A stretch of DNA of 64,000 nucleotides from Ignavibacteriales bacterium (lineage in GTDB: Bacteria; Bacillota; Clostridia; Acetivibrionales; UBA4821): assembly GCA_050260055.1 (NCBI GenBank), contig JBLNBO010000022.1, positions 207,365-271,364 of the forward strand, given 5' to 3'. Numbering within the stretch: position 1 is the stretch's first letter; each line of letters starts with the position of its first letter. Positions 46,038 to 56,971 of the stretch are shown piece by piece. A program made the position numbers and the translations under genes. Under the pieces are notes generated by a model. That model was not told the origin of the DNA, ran no database searches, and worked only from the letters and a program-made list of their open reading frames with translations.

Positions 46038-47159
46038 TTGAGAGTGGACAATTTATTAAAAACACCTTTATTTGAGCTTTATGAGGAGTACGGAGGAAAG
46101 GTTGTAGACTTTGCAGGATGGGCACTTCCAGTTCAGTTTTCTGGAATAATTGAGGAACACAAGGCTGTTAGAACCAATGCAGGATTATTTGATGTTTCTC
46201 ATATGGGTGAAATCCTGGTTTTTGGTGAAGGGGCAACCGAATTTCTTGATTTTCTTTTGGCGAATGATATCTCTTCGCTAAAAAACGGAAAAATAAGATA
46301 TGCTCATATGTGCAATAATAATGGCGGTGTAGTTGATGACATTTTAGTATACAAGCTTAGTTTTGATGAGTATTTACTTGTTGTAAATGCTTCTAACATT
46401 GAAAAAGATTTTAAATGGATTAAAAGTAAAGCACCTAATGAAGTTTTTATAGAAAATGTATCACAACAATTTGCCCAATTAGCTCTACAAGGTCCTAAAG
46501 CTGTGGAAATTCTGTCGAAGCTGACTGATTCTGGCCTATCTTCCATGAAATATTATTCTTTTGAAAGAGATGTATTTGTATCTGGCTTTAAATGTATTAT
46601 TTCGAGAACAGGTTATACAGGGGAAGACGGTTTCGAGATTTATTGCGCTCCAAAAGATGCTCCAAATTTATGGCGAAAAATTTTAGAAACTGGTAATGAT
46701 TTCGGGGCTGTTCCTGTAGGGTTAGGAGCAAGAGATACACTAAGGTTTGAAGCATGTATGCCATTATATGGTCATGAACTTGATGAAGATATTACACCTT
46801 TGGAAGCAGGACTTGAAAGATATGTAAAACTGGACAAGCCGGATTTCATTGGAAAGAAAGCACTTAAAGAGCAAAGGCAGAATGGTATACCTCGTATACT
46901 AATTGGAATAGAAATGATTGAAAGGGGAATACCAAGAGGAGGATATTCAGTAATTCTAAATCAAAAAGCAATTGGAAAAGTTACCACTGGCTCGTATTGC
47001 CCAACGGCTAATAAGAATCTTGCGCTAGCTTTTGTTGATGTGAAAAGAGTTTCAGTTGGAGATAATGGCAAGCCGCTTGAAGGACAAGAATTATATATTG
47101 AAATACGAGAAAAGAATGTTATGGCCAAAACTGTTATAACACCATTTTACAGGAGGTAG
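46038..47159 (+). CDS. gcvT: Glycine cleavage aminomethyltransferase
   Basis: KTPL, FAGW.LPVQF, FDVSHMG, RTGYTGEDGFE, GLGARDTLRFEA. Confidence 0.97.
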   Translation: MRVDNLLKTPLFELYEEYGGKVVDFAGWALPVQFSGIIEEHKAVRTNAGLFDVSHMGEILVFGEGATEFLDFLLANDISSLKNGKIRYAHMCNNNGGVVDDILVYKLSFDEYLLVVNASNIEKDFKWIKSKAPNEVFIENVSQQFAQLALQGPKAVEILSKLTDSGLSSMKYYSFERDVFVSGFKCIISRTGYTGEDGFEIYCAPKDAPNLWRKILETGNDFGAVPVGLGARDTLRFEACMPLYGHELDEDITPLEAGLERYVKLDKPDFIGKKALKEQRQNGIPRILIGIEMIERGIPRGGYSVILNQKAIGKVTTGSYCPTANKNLALAFVDVKRVSVGDNGKPLEGQELYIEIREKNVMAKTVITPFYRR

Positions 47160-47163
47160 AAAA

Positions 47164-47970
47164 GTGGTTATAGATGCGCATACTCACATATTCAATCAAG
47201 ATAGTCTAAATGAGTATCTTGGGAAATACCCATCCGATGTTTTTGTTTGTATAAGATTTATAAAGGATTTTTGTGGAGGAGCATTTGAAGGTAGGGATGA
47301 AGAACTTGATCATTTTGTAGAGTCTAATCCTAATGCTTTTCTGGTTGAGAGTATAGATTTTGAAGTTAATATTCTTAGCCAGATTGAAGAGCTAACAGCT
47401 AAAATGGAAAGTAGTAATAACATTAAGGGGATAAAGCTTTATCCTGGATATCAACATTTCTTTCCTTATAATGAAAGATTATTACCTGCTTATGTATTTG
47501 CACATGAGCAGAATATCCCAGTAATTTTACATTCAGGAGCAGTATATCAATATGAAAACAGCCAAGCACAGCTTCAATATGTAAATCCAATCTATGTTGA
47601 TGAGGCAGCTACAAGATATCCAGATACAAAATTCATAATTACTCATTTCGGATTTCCATATATTATGGAGACTGCAATGGTTCTAAACAAGAATAATAAT
47701 GTATATGCCGATATTTCAGGTATGCTGGATGAAGATACATATGAAATATTTAAACAAGATATAAAAAGAGCGTTGAAATATTACCCTGGAATTACAAATC
47801 AGATTCTTTTTGGGACAGATTTTATTGGCAATGATACATATCTTAATGAGGTTGAGTTATATGTAAAACTGGTTGAAGAACTTTTTGAAAATGTAGAAGA
47901 ACGTGAAGCGGTATTTTTTAAAAATGCACAGAAGGTGTTTAATTTAGCTGACAATTCACAAGAGGGTTAA
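47164..47970 (+). CDS. Amidohydrolase_2-family metal-dependent hydrolase
   Basis: IDAHTH, GIKLYPG, ILHSG, THFG.P, VYADIS, FGTD. Confidence 0.85.
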   Translation: MVIDAHTHIFNQDSLNEYLGKYPSDVFVCIRFIKDFCGGAFEGRDEELDHFVESNPNAFLVESIDFEVNILSQIEELTAKMESSNNIKGIKLYPGYQHFFPYNERLLPAYVFAHEQNIPVILHSGAVYQYENSQAQLQYVNPIYVDEAATRYPDTKFIITHFGFPYIMETAMVLNKNNNVYADISGMLDEDTYEIFKQDIKRALKYYPGITNQILFGTDFIGNDTYLNEVELYVKLVEELFENVEEREAVFFKNAQKVFNLADNSQEG

Positions 47971-48011
47971 TTATCATTTACAACTTGTTACTATTTTATT
48001 AGGAGGGTTTT

Positions 48012-48377
48012 ATGGATATTAAATTTGCAAGCACACATGAATGGGCTAAAGTTGAAGAGAGAAAAGCCTATATAGGAATTTCCGACCATGCACAGCATTC
48101 AATGGGAGATATTGTTTTTGTTGAAATGCCTGAGAAGGGAAAACTAATAAAAGCAGGTGATTCAATTGGAGTAGTTGAATCTGTTAAGGCAGTATCTGAT
48201 GTTTATACTCCGCTTAGCGGCAAAGTCTTAGAAATAAATGAAGGACTGTTGGATGAACCTGAAAAGATTAATCAGGCACCATATGAAAGCTGGCTGATTG
48301 CAATTGAAATGAGTGAACCAACCGAATTCGAAAAAATGTTGACAAAAGAACAGTATGAAGATTTGTGCAAGGAATAA
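48012..48377 (+). CDS. gcvH: Glycine cleavage H protein
   Basis: HEW, GISDHAQ..GDIVFVE, ESVKA lipoyl site. Confidence 0.96.
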   Translation: MDIKFASTHEWAKVEERKAYIGISDHAQHSMGDIVFVEMPEKGKLIKAGDSIGVVESVKAVSDVYTPLSGKVLEINEGLLDEPEKINQAPYESWLIAIEMSEPTEFEKMLTKEQYEDLCKE

Positions 48378-48422
48378 AATTTCAAAATGGCAAATGGTAC
48401 TATTTAAAAGGGGTATTTATTT

Positions 48423-49784
48423 ATGAATTCTTATATTCCAATAACAGATAATGATAAAAAAGAAATGCTTAGAGAGATAGGAATAAATGAAGTCGAGGAA
48501 CTTTTTAAAGATATTCCAGAAGAAATCAAATTAAACAGAAATCTTAAACTTCCGCCTAAAAAATCAGAAATGGATACTAAAAGATATTTTAAAGATCTGA
48601 GTGCAAAAAATGCCTCGGACTTTTTATGCTTCAGGGGAGCTGGAGCATATAACCACTTTATACCGGCTGCAGTAAAACATGTTATAACACGTTCCGAATT
48701 TTATACTGCATACACGCCATATCAGCCTGAAATTAGTCAGGGGACCCTTCAGACCATATTTGAATACCAAACAATGATTTGTGAGCTTACAGGAATGGAT
48801 GCTTCAAATGCTTCTGTTTATGATGGCGCAACAGCTGCGGCAGAAGCTGCTTTTATGTGTGCTGATATAACCGGCAGGAGCAAGATTCTTGTTTCTTCAA
48901 CTGTTAATCCTGAAACTAGAAAGGTACTTGATACTTATTGTAAAGCACACGGCCTTGAAATTGTTAAATTAAATTATAGAGATGGGATAACTGATATTGA
49001 GGAATTAAAAGAGAAAGCAAACAATGACACTGCCGGGGTTATTATTCAAAGCCCGAATTTCTTCGGATGTATAGAACCATGCAAAGATATGTTTGAATTT
49101 GTTCATAATAGTGGCGGAATATCAGTTATGAGTGTTAATCCTATTTCCATGGGCATACTAAAGACACCTGGCGAGCTAGGTGCGGATATTGCGGTTGGAG
49201 ATGGTCAGCCTTTGGGAAATCCGCTTTCATTTGGAGGACCATATGTTGGGTTTATGGCAGTAAAAGAGAAGTTTGTAAGAAAACTGCCTGGAAGAATTGT
49301 TGGTCAAACTGTTGATTTAGAAGGTAAAAGAGGGTTCGTATTAACCCTGCAGGCAAGAGAACAGCATATAAGGAGAGAAAAAGCAAGCTCGAATATATGC
49401 TCAAATCAAGCATTGAATGCACTTGCAGTTGGAGTATATCTAAGTTCGATAGGTAAAAAAGGGTTAAAACAAATTGCAGAAATTTGTGCGCAAAAAGCCA
49501 GATACATGGCTGAAAAGATATCAAAACTTAAAGGATTTTCAGTAGTATTTTCTAAATCATACTTTCATGAGTTTGTTATAAAAAGTGAAAAGCCGGTAAA
49601 TGAGATTAATAAAATACTAGCTGATAAAGGTATTATTGGCGGGTATGAATTGGAAAAGGATTATCCTGAACTCAAAAATTGCGTTTTGTATTGTGTTACT
49701 GAGATGAATTCAAAGGAAGACATCGAAAAACTAGTTGACAGTTTAAAGTTGACAGTTGACAGTAAAACTACTTCATTATTTTGA
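48423..49784 (+). CDS. gcvPA: Glycine dehydrogenase subunit 1
   Basis: F.GAGAY.H, YTPYQPEISQG, REQHIRREKA.SNIC. Confidence 0.96.
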   Translation: MNSYIPITDNDKKEMLREIGINEVEELFKDIPEEIKLNRNLKLPPKKSEMDTKRYFKDLSAKNASDFLCFRGAGAYNHFIPAAVKHVITRSEFYTAYTPYQPEISQGTLQTIFEYQTMICELTGMDASNASVYDGATAAAEAAFMCADITGRSKILVSSTVNPETRKVLDTYCKAHGLEIVKLNYRDGITDIEELKEKANNDTAGVIIQSPNFFGCIEPCKDMFEFVHNSGGISVMSVNPISMGILKTPGELGADIAVGDGQPLGNPLSFGGPYVGFMAVKEKFVRKLPGRIVGQTVDLEGKRGFVLTLQAREQHIRREKASSNICSNQALNALAVGVYLSSIGKKGLKQIAEICAQKARYMAEKISKLKGFSVVFSKSYFHEFVIKSEKPVNEINKILADKGIIGGYELEKDYPELKNCVLYCVTEMNSKEDIEKLVDSLKLTVDSKTTSLF

Positions 49785-49794
49785 GAGGTGAGTT

Positions 49795-51237
49795 ATGGAG
49801 CTTATTTTTGAACTTAGTAAGGAAGGCAAGATTGGAACCAATCTTCCGGAATTTGATATAGAAGCGCAGCAGCTTAATATGCCTCTTTCCTATTGGAGGC
49901 AGGAAGAGCCAGCGCTTCCAGAGGTAAGTGAGGTTGATGTCGTAAGGCATTATACTGCGCTTTCATTAAGGAACCATGGCGTTGATAACGGTTTTTATCC
50001 TTTGGGTTCTTGTACAATGAAATACAATCCAAAGATTAATGAGGATATCGCGCAGCTGGATGGATTTACAAATATACATCCTTATGCACCAGAGACTCTT
50101 TCTCAGGGTGCGCTTGAGGTTATGTATAACATGGATAAAATCCTAAGCGAAATTACAGGTATGGACAGAGTCTCCCTTCAGCCAGCGGCTGGAGCACATG
50201 GTGAGCTTACAGGAGTTATGATTATTAAGGCATATCATGAAGCAAGAGGAGATTATAAAAGAAAAAAGATAATAGTACCTGATTCTGCTCATGGAACTAA
50301 TCCTGCAACGGCTTCGATGGTAGAATATGAAATCATTGAGGTTAAGTCAAATGAAAATGGCGGAGTTGATATAGAAAGCCTAAAGCAGGTTGTTGGTGCG
50401 GATACAGCCGGATTAATGCTTACAAATCCAAATACTTTAGGGCTTTTCGATGAAAATATAGTAGAAATCAGCAAAATTATTCATGAAGCTGGCGGACTTG
50501 TATATTATGATGGCGCAAACCTGAATGCAGTAATGGGAATAACAAGGCCTGGGGATATGGGATTTGATGTTGTGCATATAAACCTGCATAAAACATTTTC
50601 TACGCCACATGGCGGAGGAGGGCCGGGAAGCGGCCCGGTTGGAGTCAAAAAGCATCTTGAGCCGTTTTTGCCTTTGCCTTTAGTTGACAAGAAAGATGAT
50701 AAATATATTTTTGATTATGATAGACCGCAGTCAATAGGAAAAGTAAAATCCTTTTATGGAAATTTCAATGTTATATTAAAAGCTTATGCGTATATACTTA
50801 CGATGGGTCCGGATGGCTTGAGAGAAGTAAGCGAAACTGCTGTCTTAAATGCGAATTATCTTATGGCTAAATTAAAAGACAAATATAATCTTCCGTATTC
50901 AAGATTTTGCAAGCATGAATTTGTACTAGCAGGGTTAAAAGAGAAAAATGAGGGACTTTCAACTATTGACACTGCAAAAAGGCTTATAGATTATGGAATT
51001 CATCCTCCGACAATCTATTTCCCGCTTATTGTTAAAGAGGCAATGATGATTGAGCCAACCGAAACAGAGTCTAAAGAGACATTAGATGAATTCGTTGAGA
51101 TTATGAATAAAATTGCAGATGAAGCTGTCAATTCTCCGGAGTTACTAAAAGAAGCACCGCACAATACTCCGGTAAGAAGGTTAAATGAAACACAAGCAGC
51201 AAGACAGCCTATATTGAGATGGAAAAAAGAAGATTAA
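49795..51237 (+). CDS. gcvPB: Glycine dehydrogenase subunit 2
   Basis: [34 protein letters not shown]. Confidence 0.96.
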   Translation: MELIFELSKEGKIGTNLPEFDIEAQQLNMPLSYWRQEEPALPEVSEVDVVRHYTALSLRNHGVDNGFYPLGSCTMKYNPKINEDIAQLDGFTNIHPYAPETLSQGALEVMYNMDKILSEITGMDRVSLQPAAGAHGELTGVMIIKAYHEARGDYKRKKIIVPDSAHGTNPATASMVEYEIIEVKSNENGGVDIESLKQVVGADTAGLMLTNPNTLGLFDENIVEISKIIHEAGGLVYYDGANLNAVMGITRPGDMGFDVVHINLHKTFSTPHGGGGPGSGPVGVKKHLEPFLPLPLVDKKDDKYIFDYDRPQSIGKVKSFYGNFNVILKAYAYILTMGPDGLREVSETAVLNANYLMAKLKDKYNLPYSRFCKHEFVLAGLKEKNEGLSTIDTAKRLIDYGIHPPTIYFPLIVKEAMMIEPTETESKETLDEFVEIMNKIADEAVNSPELLKEAPHNTPVRRLNETQAARQPILRWKKED

Positions 51238-51270
51238 AAAAACTGACTTATGTCAGTTTTTTTAATCTTC
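51232..51270. terminator. Bidirectional terminator
   Basis: aagattaaaaaaactgac-ttat-gtcagtttttttaatctt. Confidence 0.7.
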
Positions 51271-51271
51271 T

Positions 51272-51475
51272 TCAATTAACTTCATATCCTGCTTTTCGTA
51301 TTACTTTTTTTATTTCTTCAGGGTTAGTTCTCTGATTATCATAAGTTACACTTGCATTTCGTGTTTTAAAGTCAAAAGAAACATCTGTTACTCCAACAGT
51401 AGTTAAGGCACTTTTTATCTTGCCTGCACATGATTCGCATGTCATTCCCGGGATGTTGAATTCTAAAATATCCAT
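51272..51475 (-). CDS. HMA-domain copper chaperone (CopZ-like)
   Basis: GMTCESC motif, AGY C-terminus; ggagg RBS. Confidence 0.9.
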   Translation of the reverse strand: MDILEFNIPGMTCESCAGKIKSALTTVGVTDVSFDFKTRNASVTYDNQRTNPEEIKKVIRKAGYEVN

Positions 51476-51744
51476 AAAATCCTCCACATCAGCAAATTGA
51501 AAATTTATTATTGGTAACTGATAATTATAAGACCAAAAACTTATAGCTTAGGATTTGTAGTTTCTTTTTTTTTATGTACGAATTTTGGTGCTCATTAGAA
51601 AGAACTTTAGAAAATAATCAAGTTGCAGTTTTGCATTTAAAAAGCTTATAATTAATTTGACGGAATTAGATGAAGTACAGATTCTGAAATAATTAAATTT
51701 ATGATTTTAACTGTCAAATTTACACTATTTTTTGGAGGGTTTCT

Positions 51745-53370
51745 ATGTGGTTTGATGAATTTTTAAACAAATATAAAGCCGGAATTTCCCACGAATTCAT
51801 TTTTCACTTTAATGTCCGCGATTATGTAGATAACACCAGACTTATTGACAAATATCTTTATGATGAATTTATGAAGCAAAGAAATTTTGGAATTATTGCT
51901 TTTTATGATATATCTTCCGGGCTTCGATTCCTAGAGCCGGGTATGGCAAGAGAATTTTCGAAAATAGCCGGTATAGACGTTGATGCTGTAACATATTCGC
52001 TTCCATCAAAGCTTTTTCCTTTTATAGATATGGCATTAAAAAATACCAAAATGGCTTTTTTCGTTAATCATGCAGAAAAGATTACACCTTCAAGCGATAT
52101 TGCCTCAATGTCTCTTGAAGAAAGAAATGCTCTTATTTGGTTTGTAGAGTGGTCGGTAAATGGAAAAATTTCAAACGTAGGAAGCTCAATATTTCTTTTG
52201 GCAGATAATGTTGCTGACATGAATAAGGAACTGCTTAGGTCTTCCTACAGGATTGAGCCAATAATGGTTGAACTGCCGAATGAAGTTCAACGCAAGGAAT
52301 ATATAGAGAATATTTTGAAGGATAAGCAAATAAAAATGGATTTGAGTGCTGATGAATTTGCAAAGCTTTCTTCAGGCTTATCCAAAAAAGCAATAAAAGA
52401 TATAACACTAAAGGCAGAAGCAGAAAATCTTGCAGTTAGTTTTGATTTTATTAAGGAAAAGAAGCATTCGGTCTTACAAAAGGAATATGGAGATGTACTG
52501 GAATTCATTTATCCAGAGATAGGCTTTGATAACATTGGCGGTATGGAAAAAGCTAAAAGCTATTTGATTAAGAATGTTGTTCAGCCAATTAAGCAGGGAG
52601 ATTTAAGAAGAGTACCAATGGGAATTCTATTATGCGGTCCATCTGGAACAGGAAAGACTCTTCTTGTTAATGCACTTGCAAGAGAAAGCGGATTTAACTG
52701 CGTAAAGATAGACATGTCTAGAATTCTCGGGCAATATGTCGGGGAAAGCGAAAAGAACTTTAAAAAATGCCTGCTTGGAGCACAGTCTCAACAACCTGTA
52801 ATTGTATTTGTCGATGAGATAGATACTGCTTTCAGAAGAGGTGACGGGAATGACAGCGGTGTTAGTAGAAACATTTTCAGCGAATTTCTTCAATTCACTT
52901 CCAATACTAAAAACAGAGGCAAGGTAATTTTCATCGCTGCTACAAACAGGCCTGATTTACTTGATCCTGCATTAAAAAGGGCAGGAAGATTTGATAAAAA
53001 AATACCTGTACTTCTTCCAGATAATTCGGAAAGGGCTAATATATTTAAAATAATGATGAAAAGGTATGCTTTTGAGACTGATATTACAGACTTTATGCCA
53101 TATGCAGATAAAGCAGAAAATTTTACCGGAGCTGAGATTGAGCTTGTTGTAAGAAAAGCATATGAGATTGCAAACGAGGATGATACGCCAGGAGAAATTT
53201 TATCCGGAGAAATCCTTGACAGGGCAATTTCAAAATGCAGGCCGAGTACACAACAGGTTGAACTAATGACAATGCTTGCATTGAATGAATGCGACGATAA
53301 AGACCTGATTGCAGAAAAATATCATAAATACATTGATGACAGGTCTTTGCTTGAACAGCAGTTAAAATAA
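51745..53370 (+). CDS. AAA+ ATPase (CDC48/Vps4/FtsH classical clade), degenerate N-terminal module plus active C-terminal module
   Basis: Walker A GPSGTGKT, pore loop YVGE, Walker B VFVDEID, SRH AATNRPDLLDPALKRAGRFD. Confidence 0.9.
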   Translation: MWFDEFLNKYKAGISHEFIFHFNVRDYVDNTRLIDKYLYDEFMKQRNFGIIAFYDISSGLRFLEPGMAREFSKIAGIDVDAVTYSLPSKLFPFIDMALKNTKMAFFVNHAEKITPSSDIASMSLEERNALIWFVEWSVNGKISNVGSSIFLLADNVADMNKELLRSSYRIEPIMVELPNEVQRKEYIENILKDKQIKMDLSADEFAKLSSGLSKKAIKDITLKAEAENLAVSFDFIKEKKHSVLQKEYGDVLEFIYPEIGFDNIGGMEKAKSYLIKNVVQPIKQGDLRRVPMGILLCGPSGTGKTLLVNALARESGFNCVKIDMSRILGQYVGESEKNFKKCLLGAQSQQPVIVFVDEIDTAFRRGDGNDSGVSRNIFSEFLQFTSNTKNRGKVIFIAATNRPDLLDPALKRAGRFDKKIPVLLPDNSERANIFKIMMKRYAFETDITDFMPYADKAENFTGAEIELVVRKAYEIANEDDTPGEILSGEILDRAISKCRPSTQQVELMTMLALNECDDKDLIAEKYHKYIDDRSLLEQQLK

Positions 53371-53464
53371 AGCATTATATGGATAAAAAAATAATAAGTT
53401 GAAAATATAAATAAATTAAAATAAAATAATAGTGTTAGACATTAATCAAGGGGGTAACCGTAAT

Positions 53465-54193
53465 ATGGGTTTATTTAGCAGATTGGGAAGTATTATAAGA
53501 GGCTTTTTCGGACTTTTCGTGGATAATTTAGAAAAGCAGAATCCGGATGCGTTATTCGCAGATATCAAAAACCAGGTTGATAAGGCGAGAAAACAAGCAG
53601 AAGAGCAGATTGTCGAAATTCAAACAAATGCAGAACTGATTAAGATTGAAATGAAAAATGCTGAGAAAACTTTAGAAGCTGTTAAGGCTAGAATCGAAAC
53701 TGCAAAAAATCAGGGAGATAAAGATATTCTTGTTGAACTTTTGATGCAGGAAGAAGAAGCACAGGCAGCTTACGAATCTAAGAAAGCAACATATGATACT
53801 GCAAGCCAGGATGTTGCAAAAATTCGTGAAGATTTCAAAGTGTTTGAATCTGAAATGACACAGAAATTGAATGAAATTAAATCTCTTAAATCTCAGGCTA
53901 AAATGGCTCAGCTTAAAGAAAATATCAATTCAATCAATGCCAAGTATGCAGGAGCAGGAAATAGCGTTGGCAAGATTAATGACCAGCTTGATAGGGCACG
54001 TGATATGGTTAACCAGAAAACTGCAAGGGCAAATGCGATAGGAAGCTTAAGCGAAAACAATACAGAGCTTAAATTGAAAAAGATAGATTTGGATTCTGCT
54101 AGAGAAAGAGCAAAAGCGAGAGCTGAAGCTATGATGAGTGGTTCAGAAGGTTTTGAAGTAAAAGAAAAGACTGAAAATAAGACAAATGCGTAA
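53465..54193 (+). CDS. PspA/IM30 (Vipp1; ESCRT-III-like) family protein
   Basis: N-terminal amphipathic MGLFSRL..II.G...D.LE..NP, long coiled coil, K.....LK...KMA. Confidence 0.85.
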   Translation: MGLFSRLGSIIRGFFGLFVDNLEKQNPDALFADIKNQVDKARKQAEEQIVEIQTNAELIKIEMKNAEKTLEAVKARIETAKNQGDKDILVELLMQEEEAQAAYESKKATYDTASQDVAKIREDFKVFESEMTQKLNEIKSLKSQAKMAQLKENINSINAKYAGAGNSVGKINDQLDRARDMVNQKTARANAIGSLSENNTELKLKKIDLDSARERAKARAEAMMSGSEGFEVKEKTENKTNA

Positions 54194-54259
54194 TAATATA
54201 CTATAATCATTATCCGCCGGCTGAAAAAGCCGGCGTAGGTTTAAGTTTAGGGTGACAAA

Positions 54260-55093
54260 ATGGCTCTTAGAACTATTTTCAAATCATTAACAGATATTAA
54301 AAGCCTAGGTGTACTATCTGCGGTTCTCATTGGATATTTTGTTTTTAAATGGGAGCCGCTTATTATTATTGGTCTTTTAGGATATTTGGCGGCATCAAGT
54401 ATTCTTCTAATTAACCCAAACTATAGGCAGAAATGTTTTGAAGAGGATAAAATAAATAAGCTAAGAAAGATGAACAATAAATCTACCAGTTTATATTTTC
54501 GCGTTAAAGCCAAGGTTGGGAAGAGCTTAACAACCAAAATAATCGAAAGGATTTTCGTAATACTAGGAAAAACTACATTTGTTGATTTGGAATCACGCGT
54601 TGATGAAATGTTTAAAACAAAGGCTGAAATTGCAAATGCCTTTTTTAATAAAGAATATTCTTCTATCAGGGAGAAGATTGCATTAAAATCACTAGAGTTA
54701 TCAATTATTTATTTTAAACTTATGGAAATTTATGTTTCAAGGCTTTTTGATGTCAGCAATAGAAATTTAACGGCAATTGAAGAACGGATTAGCATTAACC
54801 GCAGAAAGAAGATTACTGCAATTAATCAAGCAAGTATTTATGATTTGGATAGAGCAATTGAAGCCGATGAGAAACTATTGGGGGTACTTAAGGAAGCTAG
54901 AAAAGAAGTAGGGAAAATGTCAGCTAAGCTAAACCTTATTGAAAGTACAATGGCGCTTCTTAAACAGCAGATTTATACCGAATTTCATACTGATGATATT
55001 TTTGAAAATGTTGAAAATACAATTAATGAAGCTCAGGCATTAGAAAGTGCATTAAGTCAGCATAGCACAATGAAGAAGAAAAATCAGGCATAA
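54260..55093 (+). CDS. 2-TM membrane-anchored coiled-coil protein
   Basis: Two N-terminal hydrophobic segments followed by a helical region. Confidence 0.75.
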   Translation: MALRTIFKSLTDIKSLGVLSAVLIGYFVFKWEPLIIIGLLGYLAASSILLINPNYRQKCFEEDKINKLRKMNNKSTSLYFRVKAKVGKSLTTKIIERIFVILGKTTFVDLESRVDEMFKTKAEIANAFFNKEYSSIREKIALKSLELSIIYFKLMEIYVSRLFDVSNRNLTAIEERISINRRKKITAINQASIYDLDRAIEADEKLLGVLKEARKEVGKMSAKLNLIESTMALLKQQIYTEFHTDDIFENVENTINEAQALESALSQHSTMKKKNQA

Positions 55094-55125
55094 TACTTAG
55101 AGAATTTTTAAAGGGGTGAACGAAA

Positions 55126-55515
55126 GTGAATTTGGCTTGCGGGGTTGATATCATAGAAATTGAACGGGTAAAAAAGGCAATAGAAAAAGATAATGGCCGA
55201 TTTCTTGATAAAGTGTTTACTCAAGAAGAAATAAATTATTGTTCAAAAGCGTTTTCCGCTAAATATCAGCATTACGCAGCTCGATTTGCTGCAAAAGAAG
55301 CCGTATCAAAGGCTTTAGGCCTTGGACTTGCCGGAGGAGTAAGACTTAACGAAATCGAAGTTATAAAGGATGACATGGGCAAGCCTGGTATTATACTGCA
55401 TGGTTCGACTAAAAAAATAGCTGATGATATGGGAATTGCTTCATTAAGTTTGAGCCTTTCTCATTGCCAGACTTATGCAGTGGCGAATGTTGTGTGCTTT
55501 GTTGATAATACTTAA
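55126..55515 (+). CDS. acpS: Holo-[acyl-carrier-protein] synthase
   Basis: GVDIIEI.R, ARFAAKEAVSKALG, GKP, SLSH. Confidence 0.95.
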   Translation: MNLACGVDIIEIERVKKAIEKDNGRFLDKVFTQEEINYCSKAFSAKYQHYAARFAAKEAVSKALGLGLAGGVRLNEIEVIKDDMGKPGIILHGSTKKIADDMGIASLSLSLSHCQTYAVANVVCFVDNT

Positions 55516-55526
55516 GGAGAAAAATA

Positions 55527-55946
55527 ATGAATCCAAACGTGATTGCTATAATAATTATTATTGTATGGGGAGCATGGGCTGCAGTAGATAAGAATCTAGT
55601 TATGAATATACATCCGATATATGCTGAAATGTATCTGGCAATTGCCGGACTTTTACTTATACCTCTGTATTTTTTCTTGGGCAGGTATTTTGGAATTGAA
55701 TTGGAGTTTAACAAAGCGGCTGCATTCTGGACTATTATATCAGCTGCGCTTGCGGCAACTGGGGGGTTATTATTTCTATTCCTTCTGATGTCAAAAACAT
55801 CATCATGGACTGTGGCAGTAACTGCTGCGTATCCAATTGTAACACTCATAATTGGCAGTATATTTCTGAAAGAACGAGTATCTTTAGCAGGATGTATTGG
55901 CATTCTGTTAGTAGTTTCCGGATTAATTGTGCTAGGATTTGAATAA
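55527..55946 (+). CDS. EamA/DMT-family small membrane transporter
   Basis: Multiple TM helices; AYPIVT......FLKE.....GI.LVV.G. Confidence 0.8.
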   Translation: MNPNVIAIIIIIVWGAWAAVDKNLVMNIHPIYAEMYLAIAGLLLIPLYFFLGRYFGIELEFNKAAAFWTIISAALAATGGLLFLFLLMSKTSSWTVAVTAAYPIVTLIIGSIFLKERVSLAGCIGILLVVSGLIVLGFE

Positions 55947-56089
55947 AGTATAGACAATCCAAATAAAAAAAAGTAAAATAGTGAAAATTGGATGAAGTAT
56001 TACTTTATAAATATATAATATTTCCTCTAAAGAATTTAGATTTTAGCGGCGGTAGTCATCGGAATAAACTATTTAAAGGGGTGTCACAT

Positions 56090-56971
56090 ATGGAAGAAAG
56101 ATTGATTTACATTGATGGAAAGTACTATCCAAAGTCTGAAGCAAAGGTATCTGTTTTGGATCATGGATTTTTATATGGAGACGGAGTGTTTGAAGGCATA
56201 CGTGCTTACAACGGCCGAATTTTCAAATGCAAAGAACATATTGATAGATTATATAATGCAGCAAAAGCAATTGATATGACTATTCCTCTTTCGAAGGAAG
56301 AAATGACAACTGCTTTGTTAGATACCTGTGCAAAAAACAACATCAAAGACGGATACATAAGACTAGTAGTTTCAAGAGGAATGGGCGATCTCGGACTTAG
56401 TCCTACTAAGTGTCCAAAGCCTTGTGTTGTAATAATTGCTGATACTATTCAGTTATATCCTGAGGAAATGTATGAAAAGGGAATGAGTGTAATAACTGCT
56501 TCCACTAGAAGAAATAATCCAGGTTCCCTTGACCCGCAGATAAAATCATTAAATTATCTGAACAACATTCTGGCCAAGATTGAGGCAAACAGAGCTGGAG
56601 TACCTGAAGCAATTATGCTTAATCCTATGGGCGTTGTTTGCGAATGTACCGGAGATAATATTTTTGTTATAAAAGACGGAATAATTTATACTCCGCCTGT
56701 TTATGTAGGAGCACTTGATGGTATAACCAGAGCTACTGTAATTGAATTGGCAGAAAAAGCAGGCTACAAGGTTATTGAGAGAGAATTCACTATGTTTAAT
56801 GTTTATTCAGCTGATGAATGCTTCTTTACCGGAACTGCAGCTGAAGTAATAAGCGTAACAAATGTTGATGGCAGAACAATTGGTTCGGGTGTTACCGGGC
56901 CTATAACGAAGAAATTGATGGGAATATTTTCAGAATATGCATGCAGTCAAGGCGAGCCAATCTATAGATAG
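56090..56971 (+). CDS. ilvE: Branched-chain amino acid aminotransferase
   Basis: DHGFLYGDGVFEG, KSLNY, E.TGDN.F, LDGITR, GTAAEV. Confidence 0.94.
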   Translation: MEERLIYIDGKYYPKSEAKVSVLDHGFLYGDGVFEGIRAYNGRIFKCKEHIDRLYNAAKAIDMTIPLSKEEMTTALLDTCAKNNIKDGYIRLVVSRGMGDLGLSPTKCPKPCVVIIADTIQLYPEEMYEKGMSVITASTRRNNPGSLDPQIKSLNYLNNILAKIEANRAGVPEAIMLNPMGVVCECTGDNIFVIKDGIIYTPPVYVGALDGITRATVIELAEKAGYKVIEREFTMFNVYSADECFFTGTAAEVISVTNVDGRTIGSGVTGPITKKLMGIFSEYACSQGEPIYR

